From contig CAWDPO010000042.1 of NCBI GenBank assembly GCA_963804165.1, positions 32,001 through 96,000 of the forward strand: a stretch of DNA of 64,000 nt, given 5' to 3'. A program made the position numbers and the translations under genes. Shown here in pieces: positions 37,184 to 49,947 of this stretch. The notes beneath the pieces were generated by a model. It saw nothing but the letters and a program-made list of their open reading frames with translations, searched no databases and had not been told where the DNA came from. The first letter of the stretch is position 1. Each line of letters opens with the position of its first letter. This DNA is from an uncultured delta proteobacterium. Its GTDB lineage: Bacteria > Desulfobacterota > Binatia > UBA9968.

Positions 37184-38788
37184 TCAATAGCCCAACGCGT
37201 AGGCGACGCGGCGCGGGTCGGCGCCGCCGAGCCAGCAGCCGTTTTCTTGGTCGCTGACGATCACTTTCGCGCTGCCGAACGACCAACGCTCGACAACCGA
37301 CACATCGTGACCCTTTTTGCGCAAATCATCGAGCGTTGCTTGGTCCAAGCCTTCTTCCACACGCAGTGACTCCGGTAACTGATCGCGCGGCGGCGTGCCG
37401 GGCTGGTGGCTCCAGCGCGGTGCTTCGACAGCGCTTTGCGGATCCATTCCTAGATCGACGAGATCGTGAATGATTTGGAAGTTCGTCTGCGGCTGTTCGT
37501 CGGCGCCCGGGCTGCCGCCCACGGCGAAGACTTCGTTGCCGCGGAAGACCATGTAGGTATTCAGCGTGTGCGCCGGGCGTTTTCCCGGCTTGAGTGCGTT
37601 GGCCTTCTCGGATCGAGACCGAAACTGCACAGGCGATTATTCATGATCACGCCGGTATCGCCGGCGATCACGCGCGAACCGAACGGCGCGAAGATGCTTT
37701 GGATAAATGAAATCGCGTTGCCGTCGTGATCCGCCGCGCAAAGATACGTCGTGTCGCTGCTCTGATTCGCGACCGTTGTCGCCGGCCGATTCATGACGTC
37801 ACCGAATAGTTCACGCCGCTTTGCTGCATGCTCTTTGGAAATCAGCATGGCGATTTTCGGATCGCCGAATTTCGGATCTTCCAAGATAGCGGATGCGGTC
37901 CTCGAAAGCCAGTTTCTTCGCTGCGACTTGACAATGAATCATATCCGCCCGGCTCATGCTGCCGTCGTGGAAGGGCCACGCCTCGGCGATGTTGAGCATC
38001 TCGAGAACCATGAAGCCCTGGGATACCGGCGGTTGCTCGTAAACCAGGGTGTTACGGTACGTCGAGCTCACCGGATCCAGCCACTGACAAACTGATCGGC
38101 TGCAAATCTTCGGGCGCAAGAATGCCACCTTCGGCTTTGATCGTCGCGCAGATCTTATCGGCGATTTCTCCGGCATAAAATCCGTCGCGACCTTTTTGCG
38201 CGATTCTTTCGAGCACGTCGCCCAAACCCTTTTGCACGAGAATCTTTCCCGGCTTCGGCGTGCCGAAAGGCTGACGATAACATGCGATCGACCCAGGGAA
38301 ATTCGACGCTGAACTCGTCGATACTTTCGGCAAATTCCTGTGAGATCGGAAAACCCGTGCGCGCGATGCGAATCGCGTCGGCCATCAATCGCGCCAAATC
38401 TTTTGTGCCGTATTTTTTGTGCAGCTCCAGCCAGCCATCGACGGCGCCCGGCACGGCGATGCTCAGCGGCCCATATTGCGGAATGGTTTTCAATCCGCGC
38501 TCGTGAAAATATTCGATGCTCGCCTTCGCCGGCGCCGGGCCGCTGGAGTTGAGCGCTTCCACTTTGCCGGTCTTTTTCATGTAGACCAGCGCAAACAGAT
38601 CGCCGCCGGGACCGCTGGTTTCAGGTTTAACTACCGCCATAACGAACGCCGCGGCGAGCGCGGCGTCGACCGCATTGCCGCCTTCCCGGAGAATATCGAC
38701 GCCGCTAAGCGCCCCTAGTTGATGGCCGGAGGAAACCATGCCGTTCTGCCCCATGATCACCGGCCGTGCCGCTTTGGCGAAATTTCAT
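37184..38788 (-). CDS. ggt: Gamma-glutamyltransferase family protein (frameshifted)
   Basis: GGNAVDAALAAA, GPGGDLFAL, VPGAVDGW, DTTYLCAADHDGN, GSPGADEQPQ, GADPRR. Confidence 0.9.
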
Positions 38789-38795
38789 GTGGCTC

Positions 38796-39813
38796 CTAAT
38801 TCCAAGAACTCTCGCGGCATTGCCGCCAAGAATTTTTTCTTTGTCGATTGTATTGAGATCGAGTCCGTCAATCGCTTTGAGACTGTTTTTTACCAGCACA
38901 CAACCTTCTTCCGGACCATAGGGATAATTGGTTCCCAAAACCATTCTGTCCGGGACCGAAAAAATCTTTCACGCAGCGAAGTGTCGACGCCGGATGATCC
39001 GCCGTATCGACGTAAAATCGCCGAAACGAGTCGAGAGGATTTTCTTTGAGACCGTATTTGTGGCGAATCTCGTCGGTGCGGCCGGTGTAGATGTTGATCG
39101 CTCGCTGGGCGAAGAATGCCAACACGCCGCCGACGTCGGCGACAACCCAGTTGATCTCCGGAAAGCGCTCCAGCACCCGGCCATAAACCAGCCGCGTCAT
39201 GGCCACGGTGCTGTCGAAAGCCCAGCCGAAGATCAGTGTCGGCATGATGTCGATGCCGGTCGCTTCCGTCGCCAGCGGCGCGGTCGGATGGATATAAACC
39301 GGCAGCTTGTATTTCGCCAGCCGCTCGTAAATCGGAAACAGTTCTTCGCGGTCAAGAGCCTGACCGTTGAAATTGGCAAAGCAGCCGAAACCGCGCAGTC
39401 CAAGCTCGTTAACCGAGCGTTCCAGCTCATCAAGCGACGCTTTGATATCACAAGTCGGCAGCGTGAAAGAAGCCGATGAAACGGTTGGGATGCTTACGCG
39501 CGATCGCGGCGATGGCGTCATTGGCGACGCGGGCGATTTTGATGGCGCCCTCGCCTTCGAAACGGTCCGCGCCCGGCGCCGGAATCGTCAGCACATGGAC
39601 GTCGATACCCAGCTGATCCATATGCATGAAGCCGTTTTCGATATTTTGTCCCTGCAACGTCGCCGTGTTGATGCGGCACTGCAGTTTCTTGTCATAAAAA
39701 TAGGTCATGCCGCTATGCGGGTCGGGCTCTTCGAAAATCACCGCGCCGTCGAGCCGCTTCATCTCGGCGAGATAGGCTTCGGGAAACACATGTGCTTGAA
39801 AATCAATGATCAT
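38796..39813 (-). CDS. Amidohydrolase 2 family protein (frameshifted)
   Basis: MIIDFQAH, PVYIHP, GTNYPY, ILGGNAAR. Confidence 0.85.
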
Positions 39814-39822
39814 AAAACATTC

Positions 39823-39898
39823 GTTCAAGGTTCCGGGTTCAAAGTTCAAAGCTCAGAATTCTTTCGCAACTTGGAACCTTGAAGGTTGAACTTTGAAC
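39823..39898. repeat. Inverted arrays of heptamer repeats (GTTCAAR / YTTGAAC)
   Basis: gttcaag gttccgg gttcaaa gttcaaa gctcaga ... ttggaac cttgaag gttgaac tttgaac. Confidence 0.8.
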
Positions 39899-39974
39899 TG
39901 AAAGTAGCGCCGCCAACCCGAAGTCGTTCATGGTTGTAAAGGTCCTGCCTCGCCTGAATACCGCGCGACAATTC

Positions 39975-41009
39975 TTATAGGCCATATAACGCGCGCGCGT
40001 TGTCGTCGAGAATCTTGTTGACGACATGCGGCGGCACCGTGCCGTCTTCTTTGAGTTTGCGCAGCGCGAGGATCTCCGACGAAGTATCGTTATGGCCGTA
40101 ATCCGTGCCGATCACCAGCATGTCGTCGCCGGAATATTTGAGCACATAGGGCAGATCGTCATCGGTCTGGCAGGTGACCCAGATTTTGTTCTTGCGCAGC
40201 ACTTCGCTCTTGTCGACCTTGGCGCCGTTGCGCTCGAAGCGCCGCGCGTAGTCGTGGATCGCGTAGGGTACCCACTGGGAACTGACTTCGATAAACGCCC
40301 ATTTGGTCTTGGGAAATTTTTCCGGAATCCGGTTGAAGATCAGCGAGTGAAACGAGCCGACCACGGCAAGCTTGAATTTGTTAAAGCCGCACTCGTGGCG
40401 AAAGTAATCGTGCACCGCGAAACTGCCAGTGGCGGAATGCACGCAAACCGGCAGGTCGAGTTTGCCGGCTTCCTCATAGATCGGAAAAAAATGGTCGTCG
40501 CTGCACGCGCTTGTCGCCTTCCAGGCCGCGCATGAAGATGCCGCAGGCGCCGTTCTCCTTGGCAAAGCGCGCTTCTTCCATCGCTTTGTCCATGGAAAGC
40601 AGCGGCAACACCGCCACCCAGCGCAACCGCTCCGGCGCCTTTTTCCAAATATCGATCAGCCAACGATTGTAGCTTCGGGTCACAGCCAGCTCGACCTCCG
40701 GGCGGCGGGTGAACGGCCGCAGGAAAATCGTCGGATAAAGCACTTGGACATCGATGTCGAGCTCGTCCATATGTTTAAGGCGCGCTTTGATATCTTCCAT
40801 TTCGCGGGATTCGCGCGACGGTATCGTGGCCGACGTTGCGCGCTTTGCCGATATAGGTGCCGTCGACCAGCCACGATTCACCGCCCGATGCGGAGTCGTT
40901 CGGCGTCGGCACGATGCGCGGTTTGCGCATATGCGCGTTCCGACTCCAACATGTAGTCCCAGGTGTGTTCGGTCTCGAACACATGCGCATCCGAATCGAT
41001 CACTGCCAT
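39975..41009 (-). CDS. Amidohydrolase 2 family protein (frameshifted)
   Basis: MAVIDSDAHVFE, IDVQVLYPT, PVCVH, GTDYGHND, ILDDNARALYG. Confidence 0.88.
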
Positions 41010-41022
41010 CGCTAAAACCCTC

Positions 41023-41231
41023 CTAATCGCGAGCGTGGATTTCTCGCCGCCGGATCGACACCCGGCCTTCTCGGTTTTCGAACCCACCGAACTATTGCAT
41101 CCCTGACAGGTGTAGTCATACAGCTCGCCATCGGGCAGCACCAGCAACAACGTCTGGCGCACCGGCATGGCGCGGCCGCATTTATTACAGTAGAGCAAGC
41201 TCGCGTTGAATTGATCGTAGGACTGCTCCAT
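41023..41231 (-). CDS. Small zinc-ribbon protein; 3' end approximate
   Basis: LYCNKC...YTCQGC (two CxxC); starts 9 nt downstream of EF-G2. Confidence 0.7.
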
Positions 41232-41240
41232 ACAGTCGCC

Positions 41241-43345
41241 TCAAGCCTTGTGTTCGCCGTTATGCTCCGCCGCCTTGCTCGCCTTGGCTTCTTTGATGAC
41301 TTTTTCCGCCAAATGCGCCGGCAACTCTTCGTAGTGCGCAAACTCCATATGGAACTCGCCGCGCCCACTGGTGATGGAGCGCAGATCCGGCGCATATTTC
41401 AACACCTCGGCCATGGGCACTTGCGACTTGATCACCTGGGTGTGACCTTTGGTGTCCATACCCAGCACTTTGCCGCGCCGGCTGTTAAGATCGCCGATCA
41501 CGTCGCCCATGCATTCGTCGGGCACCGAAATTTCCATGTTCATGATCGGCTCGAGCAGTACCGGTTTGGCTTTTTCGACGGCATTTTTAAATCCCATCGA
41601 TGCGGCGATCTTAAACGCCATATCTGAGGAATCGACATCATGGTACGAGCCGTCATACAAGGTCACGCGCACATCGACCATCTGATAACCCGCCAGATAA
41701 CCGCCCACCATTGCTTCTCGGATGCCTTTTTCCACCGCCGGGATATAATTGCGCGGGATCGCGCCGCCGACGATCTGGTCGACGAATTCAAATCCTTTAC
41801 CCGGCGGTAGCGGTTCGACCTTGAGCCAGGTATCACCGAACTGGCCGCGCCCGCCGGTTTGTTTTTTTTGCCTTCCTTGGGCGCTGGCGCTGCCGCGAAT
41901 GGTTTCTTTGTACGGCACCTTGGGCGCTTTCAGCATGACCTCCGCGCCGTATTTACGTTTCAATTTCTCGACGATGATCTCAATATGCTGCTGGCCCATG
42001 CCGGAAAGAATAAAATCGCGGGTTTCCTCGTCGCGGTGCATCTCGATGGTCTGATCTTCCTCCCTCATGCGATGCAAGCCCTGCGGCAACTTATCTTCAT
42101 CGGCTTTGCTTTTCGGCTCCAAGGCGAACGAAATGTTCGGCGAGAAATGGGCCGCGCCTTCGTAGCGGATCGGCGCCTTTTCGTCGCACAGCGTATCGCC
42201 GGTAGCGATGTCCTTGAATTTCGCCGCCGCGACGATTTCGCCGGCCACCGCTTCCTTCACCGCCTCTTGCTTCTTGCCTTCCAGGCGAAACAAGTGGCCC
42301 ATTTTTTCCTGCACTTGGCGGTTCGGCACATAGCACGTCATGTCTGGACGCGATTTTTCCCGACATCACCCGCATGATCGAAAGCTTGCCGGCAAAAGGG
42401 TCGATGACCGTCTTAAATACATACGCCGAAAACGGCGCGTTGGGATCGGCCGCGCGTTTGATCGTTTCGCCGTTGGCGGGGTTGTCACCCTCGGCCTCGC
42501 CTTCGTCGAGCGGCGACGGCAGATAATCAGTGACGGCATCGAGTAGTTGCGCCATGCCGATCTGGCGCAGCGGCGCGCCAAAAAGGATCGGATAGATTCT
42601 TCGCTCCCGGGTGCCTTCGCGGATCGCTTTCTTTAACTCTTCGGTGCACAACTCTTTCCCGTCGAGAAACTTTTCGAAAAGCTCGTCATCGGTTCGGCAA
42701 CGTCTTCGACCATTTTCTGCCGCCACTCGTCTGCAGCGTCCTTCAGATCGGCAGGGATTTCGGTTTCGGGAATTTTCCCGAGTCGCCCTCGTAGATATAG
42801 GCCTTCATCGACAAAAGATCGACGACGCCTTTGAAATTCGCCTCCGCGCCGATCGGCATTTGCAGATAAATCCCTTTGGCTTCCAAAGTTTCCAGCATCG
42901 GCGCGATACGCGCTTCGACGTTGGCCTGTTCATGGTCCATCTTGCTGACGAAAACAAGCGGCTCACACGGTCTTCATTGGCTCTCGCCCACAAGTCGCTC
43001 GGACTCGACACGCAGTCCGACCGAGGGATTGAGCACGAACACCGCGCCACTACAGGCGCGCATGCTATTGATCGAATCGGCCAGAAACGCCGCGTAGCCC
43101 GGCGTGTCGATCAAGGTGATGGCATGTTTCTTCCAAGATAAGGAGTGAAACGCCGTCGAGATCGACACGCGATGCTTGATCTCTTCCGGCTCATGATCCA
43201 ACACCGAGGTGCCGTCTTGAACCTTTCCCAGTCGCTGTGTCGCCCCGGCCGCAAACAACATCGCTTCTCCCAAAGAGGTTTTACCTGAACCTCCCTGACC
43301 CAGAATGCCGACGTTACGAAGTTTATCTAGCTCCGTTGCAGCCAT
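41241..43345 (-). CDS. fusA: Elongation factor G paralogue (EF-G2 type), frameshifted
   Basis: GQGGSGKTS, DTPGY, KKQTGGRGQFG, DGSYHDVDSS, GDLNSRRG. Confidence 0.92.
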
Positions 43346-43373
43346 GACAATGGGTTCCTCCCTTGAAAATTTT

Positions 43374-44166
43374 CTAAGTTTGCGCTCTTGCTCTTACCTC
43401 TTGGAGCGAATTTCTTTCGTGGATAATCCGCAACCCTTCAAGCGTTAAAAATTCATCCACCTCGTCGATGCTGGAACACTCCGATGCAACCAACGGCGCC
43501 AACCCGCCGGTGGCGACAACTTTGGCTTGCAGCCGTGTTGGTTCTTGAATGCGCTTCACGATGCCGTCGACCAGACCGACGTAGCCGTAAAAAATTCCGG
43601 CTTGGATCGAGTTGATCGTGTTGCGCCCGACCACCTCTTTGGGCTTGACGATCTCGATGCGCGGCAATTTCGACGCCCGCTGAACCAACGCTTCCAGGGA
43701 GATGGACAATCCCGGCGCGATGGCGCCGCCGATGTATTCGCCTTTTTTTGAGATCAGATCGATGGTCGTCGCCGTGCCGAAATCGACGATGATGCAAGTG
43801 TCGTGATATTTTTCGTACGCGGCAATGCCGTTGACGATGCGGTCGGCGCCGACATCCTTGGGGCTCTCGTAGAGAATCGGCATGCCGGTCTTGATCCCGG
43901 GCCCGACGATCAGCGGCTCGAGGTTGAAGAATTTCAGCCCAGCTCTTGGGTCGTCGTCAGCATCGGCGGCACGACGCAGGAGACCACAATGGCAGAAATT
44001 TGCGGCAGCGATAACCGGCATAGTCGATCAGCTGGGAAATGATGACGCCATACTCATCGGCGGTGCGCTCCGCCTGGGTCGCCAAGCGCCAGTGGGTAAT
44101 CAACTTCTTGCCCTGGTAGAGACCAAGAACGATGTTGGTGTTACCGATATCGATGGCCAGAAGCAT
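43374..44166 (-). CDS. coaX: Type III pantothenate kinase (frameshifted)
   Basis: [34 protein letters not shown]. Confidence 0.94.
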
Positions 44167-44178
44167 GGATATTCGATA

Positions 44179-45021
44179 TCAACTCTCCAGCGGAATCACA
44201 TCGCCGGCGATAAATACTTTGCAGCTACTCCGCGCTCGTCTTCAATGAATCAGCGCGCCGTCCCGGTCGATGCCTCGCGCCCGTCCGGTGATAATTTGAT
44301 CGAGCAACTCGACGCGCACGCGCCGCCCGCGCAAGCCAAAGTGCGCCTTCCCAACGCGGCCCGCAGAGCCTCAAAGCCGGATTCTTCAAGCTCTCCATAG
44401 CACCGGTCGAGGGCTTGAATCAATCGTCTGCAGAAAGCTTTCGCGGTCGAATCCACCTGCGTCAAATCCGCGATCGAAGTCGCGCGCTGGCGAATCTCCT
44501 CCGGCATCGAATCGATGCGGTAGTTAACATTAACACCGATGCCAAGAATGACATATTCCATGCGTTCCGGAGCGCAAGCGGCTTCGGTGAGAATGCCCGC
44601 CAGCTTTTTGCCGTCGACCAAAATATCGTTGGGCCATTTGATCGTCGGCGCTTGCGGGATGAACGATCCGACGGTTTCAGCCAGCGCCACGGCGGCCATC
44701 AAAGTAATTTGCGGCGCATGGGCCGGCGCCAGAGTGGGACGAAGATGATCGAGAAATAGAGATTGGCGAAGCGGCGGCGATTCCCAGCGCCGGCCCAGCC
44801 GGCCGCGCCCTTGGGTTTGCGACTCAGCGATCACCACCTCGCCTTCGCCCGCACCTTTCTCGGCAAGCTCGCGGGCGTAGCTGTTGGTCGAAGTCGAGTT
44901 CGGCGAAGTAATGAAACTTGGCATCGAGCCGGTCGCGCGCCAAACGTTGGTGAATTTTCCCGGCGTCGAGCGGTGCGCCGACCGCCCCATCTGAAATGAA
45001 ACGGGGATTATTTGGCGACAT
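44179..45021 (-). CDS. birA: Biotin-protein ligase (frameshifted)
   Basis: STNSYA, AESQTQGRGRLGRRW, IKWPNDI, KKLAGIL, GIGVNVN. Confidence 0.92.
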
Positions 45022-45867
45022 TCATGGTAATCTTCATGTTGAAATCGACCACCGGCGCCGAATGGGTGAGCGCGCCGGAGGAAATAAAATCAACACCCGT
45101 GTCGGCGACTTGGCGAATCGTCTCGAGCGTAATTCCACCCGAGGCTTCGACCCACGCCCGCTTATTGACGAGTTTCACGGCTTCGGCCATCTGCGCGAAG
45201 GTCATGTTGTCGAGCATGATGACGTCGGCGCCCGCATCGATCGCTTCTTGAACTTGCTTCAAGTTGCTCGCCTCCACTTCGACCTTGGCCATGAACGGCG
45301 CATGGCGGCGCACTGCTTTCACCGCCTCGGCAATCGAGCCCGGTCGCTTCGATATGATTGTCTTTCACCAGACGCGGCGTCATACAAACCGATCCGATGA
45401 TTCATGCCGCCGCCCATGCGCACGGCGTATTTCTCCAGCGTACGCAGTCCCGGCGTGGTTTTGCGCGTGTCGAGCACTTTGCAGGGAAAATCTTTGACCG
45501 CCTCAACGTACTTGCGCGTCAAGGTCGCGTTGCCGGACAAACGTTGGAGAAAATTGAGCGCCGTCCGTTCGGCGAGCAGCAACGCGCGCACGGGTCCGAT
45601 CGCTTCGGCCACCACCGTGCCTTGAGCTGACCTGCGCGCCGTCCTTGGTGCAGCAAGCGCACCTCGACCCTATGATCGATGAAATAGAAAATTCGGTCGA
45701 GCAAAACCAAACCTGCCACGACTCCATCTTTTTTGGCGCGAAATAACCCCGTGCCGCGCGATTCCGCCGAGATCGGTCGCCATCGTCGCCAGATCGCCGG
45801 CGCCGATATCCTCGTCCAATGAATCGCGAATCAATCTTTCGATCTGCGGGCTGACGTGAATATCCAT
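45008..45867 (-). CDS. nadC: Quinolinate phosphoribosyltransferase (frameshifted)
   Basis: [42 protein letters not shown]. Confidence 0.95.
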
Positions 45868-45871
45868 CGGC

Positions 45872-48633
45872 TCAATTCCTTCCCGCTTGGATTTCCTGAA
45901 TTTTCTCCAAGCTGTTTCTAAGCGTGCGAATCTTTTCCTCGAACTGGCTCGCCTTTTCCCGCTCCTTTGTGAATCACTTCTTGCTTGGCTTTGGCGAGGA
46001 AGTCGGCATTGGCGAGTTTCTTTTGCACTCGCGCCAGCTCGTCTTCGATCTTGCCCACTTCTTTCGCCAGCCTCGCCCGCTCCTCGTCGAGATTGACGAG
46101 ATCGTCCAATGGCAAATAGATTTCCATCGCTCCAACCACCGCGGTCGCCGCTCCCTTTGGGCGATCGCCAGCTCGACGAAACTCCGACGCGCCGACCCGC
46201 GCAAGCGAGCGTAAGTATGCTGCGTGCTCGCGTAGAAAGGCGAGATCGGCGTCGCTGGCCACAAAAAATCACGCTTACTTCTTTTCCCGGCGGGCAGTTC
46301 ATCTCGGTGCGGAGATTCCGGATGGCGCGAATCACGCCCATCAAAAACTTCATTTGCTTTTCCGTTTCTTCGTCAATCCAGCTGGCTTGCGCGTCGGGAT
46401 AAGGCTGGACCATGATGCTTTTACGGTTGTCGCCGAGCACCTGCCAAATCTCTTCCGTGACAAACGGCATTACCGGATGAAGCAGCAAAAGAATCTGATC
46501 CAACAGCTCCTGCAAGAGTTTTCGGCTTCTGGCCGCGACTCTTGCGTCCGTGCCGTTGAGCGCGAGCTTGCTCATCTCGATATACCAGTCACAGAACTCA
46601 TGCCAGGTGAACTGATAAAGCACGTTGGCGTAATCGTTAAAACGATAAGCCTCGATCGCGTTGCGCGATTCAGTGATGGCGAACGCCAGCCGTGAGCGAA
46701 TCCAGCGCTCGGCAAAGCCAAGATGGCGATCGTCGAGAACACTGCTGGTATGGTCGCCGGTGCCATTTGCACCGCCCAAATTCATCTGCACGAATCGCGC
46801 TGCGTTCCAAAGCTTGTTGACAAAATTTTGATAACCGGCGATGCGATCCTCGGCGAGCTTGATATCGCGCCCCATGGCCGCCATCGCGGCCAGAGTGAAG
46901 CGGAACGCATCGGTGCCGCATTGACTCATGATCTCAAGCGGATCGATGACGTTGCCCTTGGATTTGGACATTTTCTGGCCCTGTTCGTCGCGCACCAAAG
47001 CATGGATGTAGACGTCGCGAAATGGCACGTCGCCCATGAATTTGAGTCCCATCATAATCATCCGCGCGACCCAGAAAAAAAGAATATCGAAGCCGGTCAC
47101 AAGCGCTGAAGTCGGATAAAAAGTCTTCAAGTCCTCTGTCTGATCCGGCCACCCTAAAGTCGAGAACGGCCACAGGCCAGAAGAAAACCAGGTGTCGAGC
47201 ACGTCGGGGTCTTGGATCAGCTCCTTGCCGCCGCATAGAGGACACGTTGCCGGAGCCTCGCGCGCAACGATCGGTCTAGCGTCTTTGGCGAGCCGGTATT
47301 CGCCGTCCGCGCCTTTGATCAAGTTCGGCGCCTCGCAGCGCTTGACAATACCAGGCGGGAATTTGATGACCCCACCAAATTTGCCGCGAGATGCACCAAT
47401 CTTTGATGTTTTCCATCCAGGCGAAATAGGAATTGCTCCAGCCTTCGGGAACGATCTTGATCTTGCCGTCGCGCACCACGGCCATCGCCGGCTCGGCCAG
47501 CGGTTTGATATCGACGAACCACTGCGGCGTTAAGTACGGCTCGATGACCGTTTGGCAGCGGTAACAGCGGCCAACCATTAGCTTGTGCGCGTCGGCTTTT
47601 TCTAGAAATCCCCCATCTTTCAACTCCGCGACGATCAAGTTTGCGCGCTTCGAAGCGATCCTTGCCGCGGTAACGTTCGATCCAATCCGCCGCTTTCGCC
47701 GCGGTCCAAGAATGCAGCCGCGTCAATGCGTGCATCGGCGTCGAAGATGCTGATCTTATCCAAACCGAATCTTTCGCCGATGTCGAAGTCGTTGAAGTCA
47801 TGTCCCGGCGTGATCTTGAGCGCGCCGGTGCCGAACTCTCGGTCGACGAAAGGGTCGGCGATGAGCGGCACGATTCGTCCAGTGATCGGCAAACGAATTT
47901 TCTTGACCGACCCATCCTTGATAACGCTCGTCATCCGGATGCACCGCGACCGCGGTATCGCCGAGCATGGTTTCCGGGCGCGTCGTCGCGACCACGAGTG
48001 CCTGCGACGGATCGTCAGCCAACGGATAGCGAATATGCCAGAGATTGCCGTCGGCCTCTTCGTGCACTACTTCGATATCGGCGAGCGCCGTTTTGCAGCG
48101 CGGGCACCAGTTGATCAGTCGTTGCGCCCGATAGAGAAGCTTGTCTTCCCAGAGTTTGACAAATGCTTCGCGCACCGCGCGCGACAGCCCTTCGTCCATG
48201 GTGAAGCGCTCGTGGCTCCAGTCGCAGGAAACACCCAGCGCTTTTAACTGATGCAAAATCGCGTCGCCGGCTTCCTGTTTCCACTGCCAGACTTTTTCGA
48301 TGAATTTTTCCCGCCCGAGCTGCGGCGCGGGTCATCTCCTTTTGCGCCAGTTGGCGCTCGACAACATTTTGGGTCGCGATGCCGGCATGATCGGTGCCGG
48401 GAACCCAAAGCACACGAAACCCGTCCATCCGCTTGTAGCGGCAGAGAATGTCTTGCAGCGTGTTATTGAGTGCGTGCCCCATGTGCAGCGAACCGGTAAC
48501 GTTCGGCGGCGGAATCACAATCGAAAAATACCGCCGCCGTCCCTTTGGCCGGCGCGAAAAGCCCGGCATTGAGCCAATGGCTATACCATTTGGATTCAAT
48601 ATCCTTATGACTGTATGCCTTCGAGAGTTGCAT
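45872..48633 (-). CDS. valS: Valyl-tRNA synthetase (multiple frameshifts)
   Basis: [50 protein letters not shown]. Confidence 0.97.
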
Positions 48634-48679
48634 AGCTGTTTATCTCTTGCTGCGACGACTTCGAGCTCCGAACCGCTTC

Positions 48680-49168
48680 CTATTCGACGACGTCCACCAA
48701 CTCGATAAACTTCTTCTCGCCGTCGGCGGGTCGGGATGATTTCAATTCTGCGCGGCTTTCTCTTCGTTGAAGCCGGGGATCCTGCTCGGCTCTTGATCGG
48801 AGAATCAGCCATCCGTTCGACCCGTTGACTCGTCCCAAGCACTCCACTATCGCTTTTTTGAGCGCATCCTTATCGATCGGCCACTTTAAGTGGAGCAGCC
48901 TGTCGCCGCCCGGGACTTGCGTCTCCGCACCCGCGTCGATCCAGATAATCGGAAATTTCCAGTTTTGTACCGCGTCGAACGTTGCTGGGGCGTCAATGAG
49001 TTTCGCTCCCGCAGCGCCGCTCCATCGACAATCACTAGATCGGGGTCTGACAATGTCTCCGCCTCCGCAATGGTAGTTACAACGTCGACCTGATGATCGT
49101 TCGAACAACGCCACGGCAAATGCGTGTCGTAACATTTTGTAAGGTTCGATGACTAAGATCCTACTCAT
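48680..49168 (-). CDS. Hypothetical protein with a degenerate receiver-like fold (frameshifted)
   Basis: MSRILVIEP..., [25 protein letters not shown]. Confidence 0.55.
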   Translation of the reverse strand: MSRILVIEPYKMLRHAFAVALFERSSGRRCNYHCGGGDIVRPRSSDCRWSGAAGAKLIDAPATFDAVQNWKFPIIWIDAGAETQVPGGDRLLHLKWPIDKDALKKAIVECLGRVNGSNGWLILRSRAEQDPRLQRRESRAELKSSRPADGEKKFIELVDVVE

Positions 49169-49194
49169 GAAATCCCGAGACGCTCCTCCTAAAC

Positions 49195-49227
49195 TTGACA
49201 AGGGCAACACCGCACGTTAGATAAAAT
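49195..49227 (+). promoter_or_regulatory. Putative sigma70 promoter of tRNA-Leu
   Basis: TTGACA (49195-49200), 17 nt, then TAGATA/TAAAAT. Confidence 0.5.
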
Positions 49228-49255
49228 CCTTAACAAGTGGATGATGTCTGAGTTT

Positions 49256-49342
49256 GCGAAAGTGGCGGAATTGGTAGACGCGCAGGATTCAGGATCCTGT
49301 GGCTGAAAGGCCGTGGGGGTTCAATTCCCCCCTTTCGCACCA
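49256..49342 (+). tRNA. tRNA-Leu (CAG)
   Basis: GCGAAAG/CTTTCGC acceptor stem, anticodon arm CAGGA-TT-CAG-GA-TCCTG, long variable arm, encoded CCA. Confidence 0.96.
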
Positions 49343-49586
49343 TACAAGCGATTATCTATCATACAAACCCGAGTTTCTCTATCGGCTGCGAGCCTCTTCC
49401 GCATGATCGTTGCGTAATTCGCAACTCACCCGACCGCTCCGCTCGGTTCTGAGTCAATCCATACGATTGGAGAAGTAAAAATTTCTTAGAGAAACTCGTG
49501 ATACGAATCTCATCGTATCAGCGCCGGCCGGAACCGGTTTAGATATCACCCGGCGCGATTACAGAAAGACTCCGATCGAGCGGCTC

Positions 49587-49937
49587 ATGAAAGTAAGACT
49601 ATCGATGAAAATTCTGACGCTGGTGCTGGCGATTGTTTGGCTTACCGGGTGTTCCAAGGAATCAAAGGACTCCTCGAGTTCAGGAGCAGATGCGGACGCG
49701 GAAAGAGGCAGGGCTGTGTATCTAGCAAACTGCGTCGCTTGCCACAACAACGACCCATCCAGAGATGGCCCTATCGGTCCCGCCATCAGGGGATCGTCCA
49801 AAGAATTGTTGGAATCCCGCGTGCTCAGCACCGCCTATCCACCGGGCTACAAACCAAAACGCCCGACGAAGGTGATGCCGCAATTCCCTTATTTGAAAGA
49901 CGAGATTCCGCACCTGGCCGCCTATCTGGCCAAGTAA
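49587..49937 (+). CDS. Monoheme cytochrome c lipoprotein
   Basis: Lipobox LTGC; CVACH; distal Met in VMPQF. Confidence 0.9.
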   Translation: MKVRLSMKILTLVLAIVWLTGCSKESKDSSSSGADADAERGRAVYLANCVACHNNDPSRDGPIGPAIRGSSKELLESRVLSTAYPPGYKPKRPTKVMPQFPYLKDEIPHLAAYLAK

Positions 49938-49947
49938 TTCTGACGAC

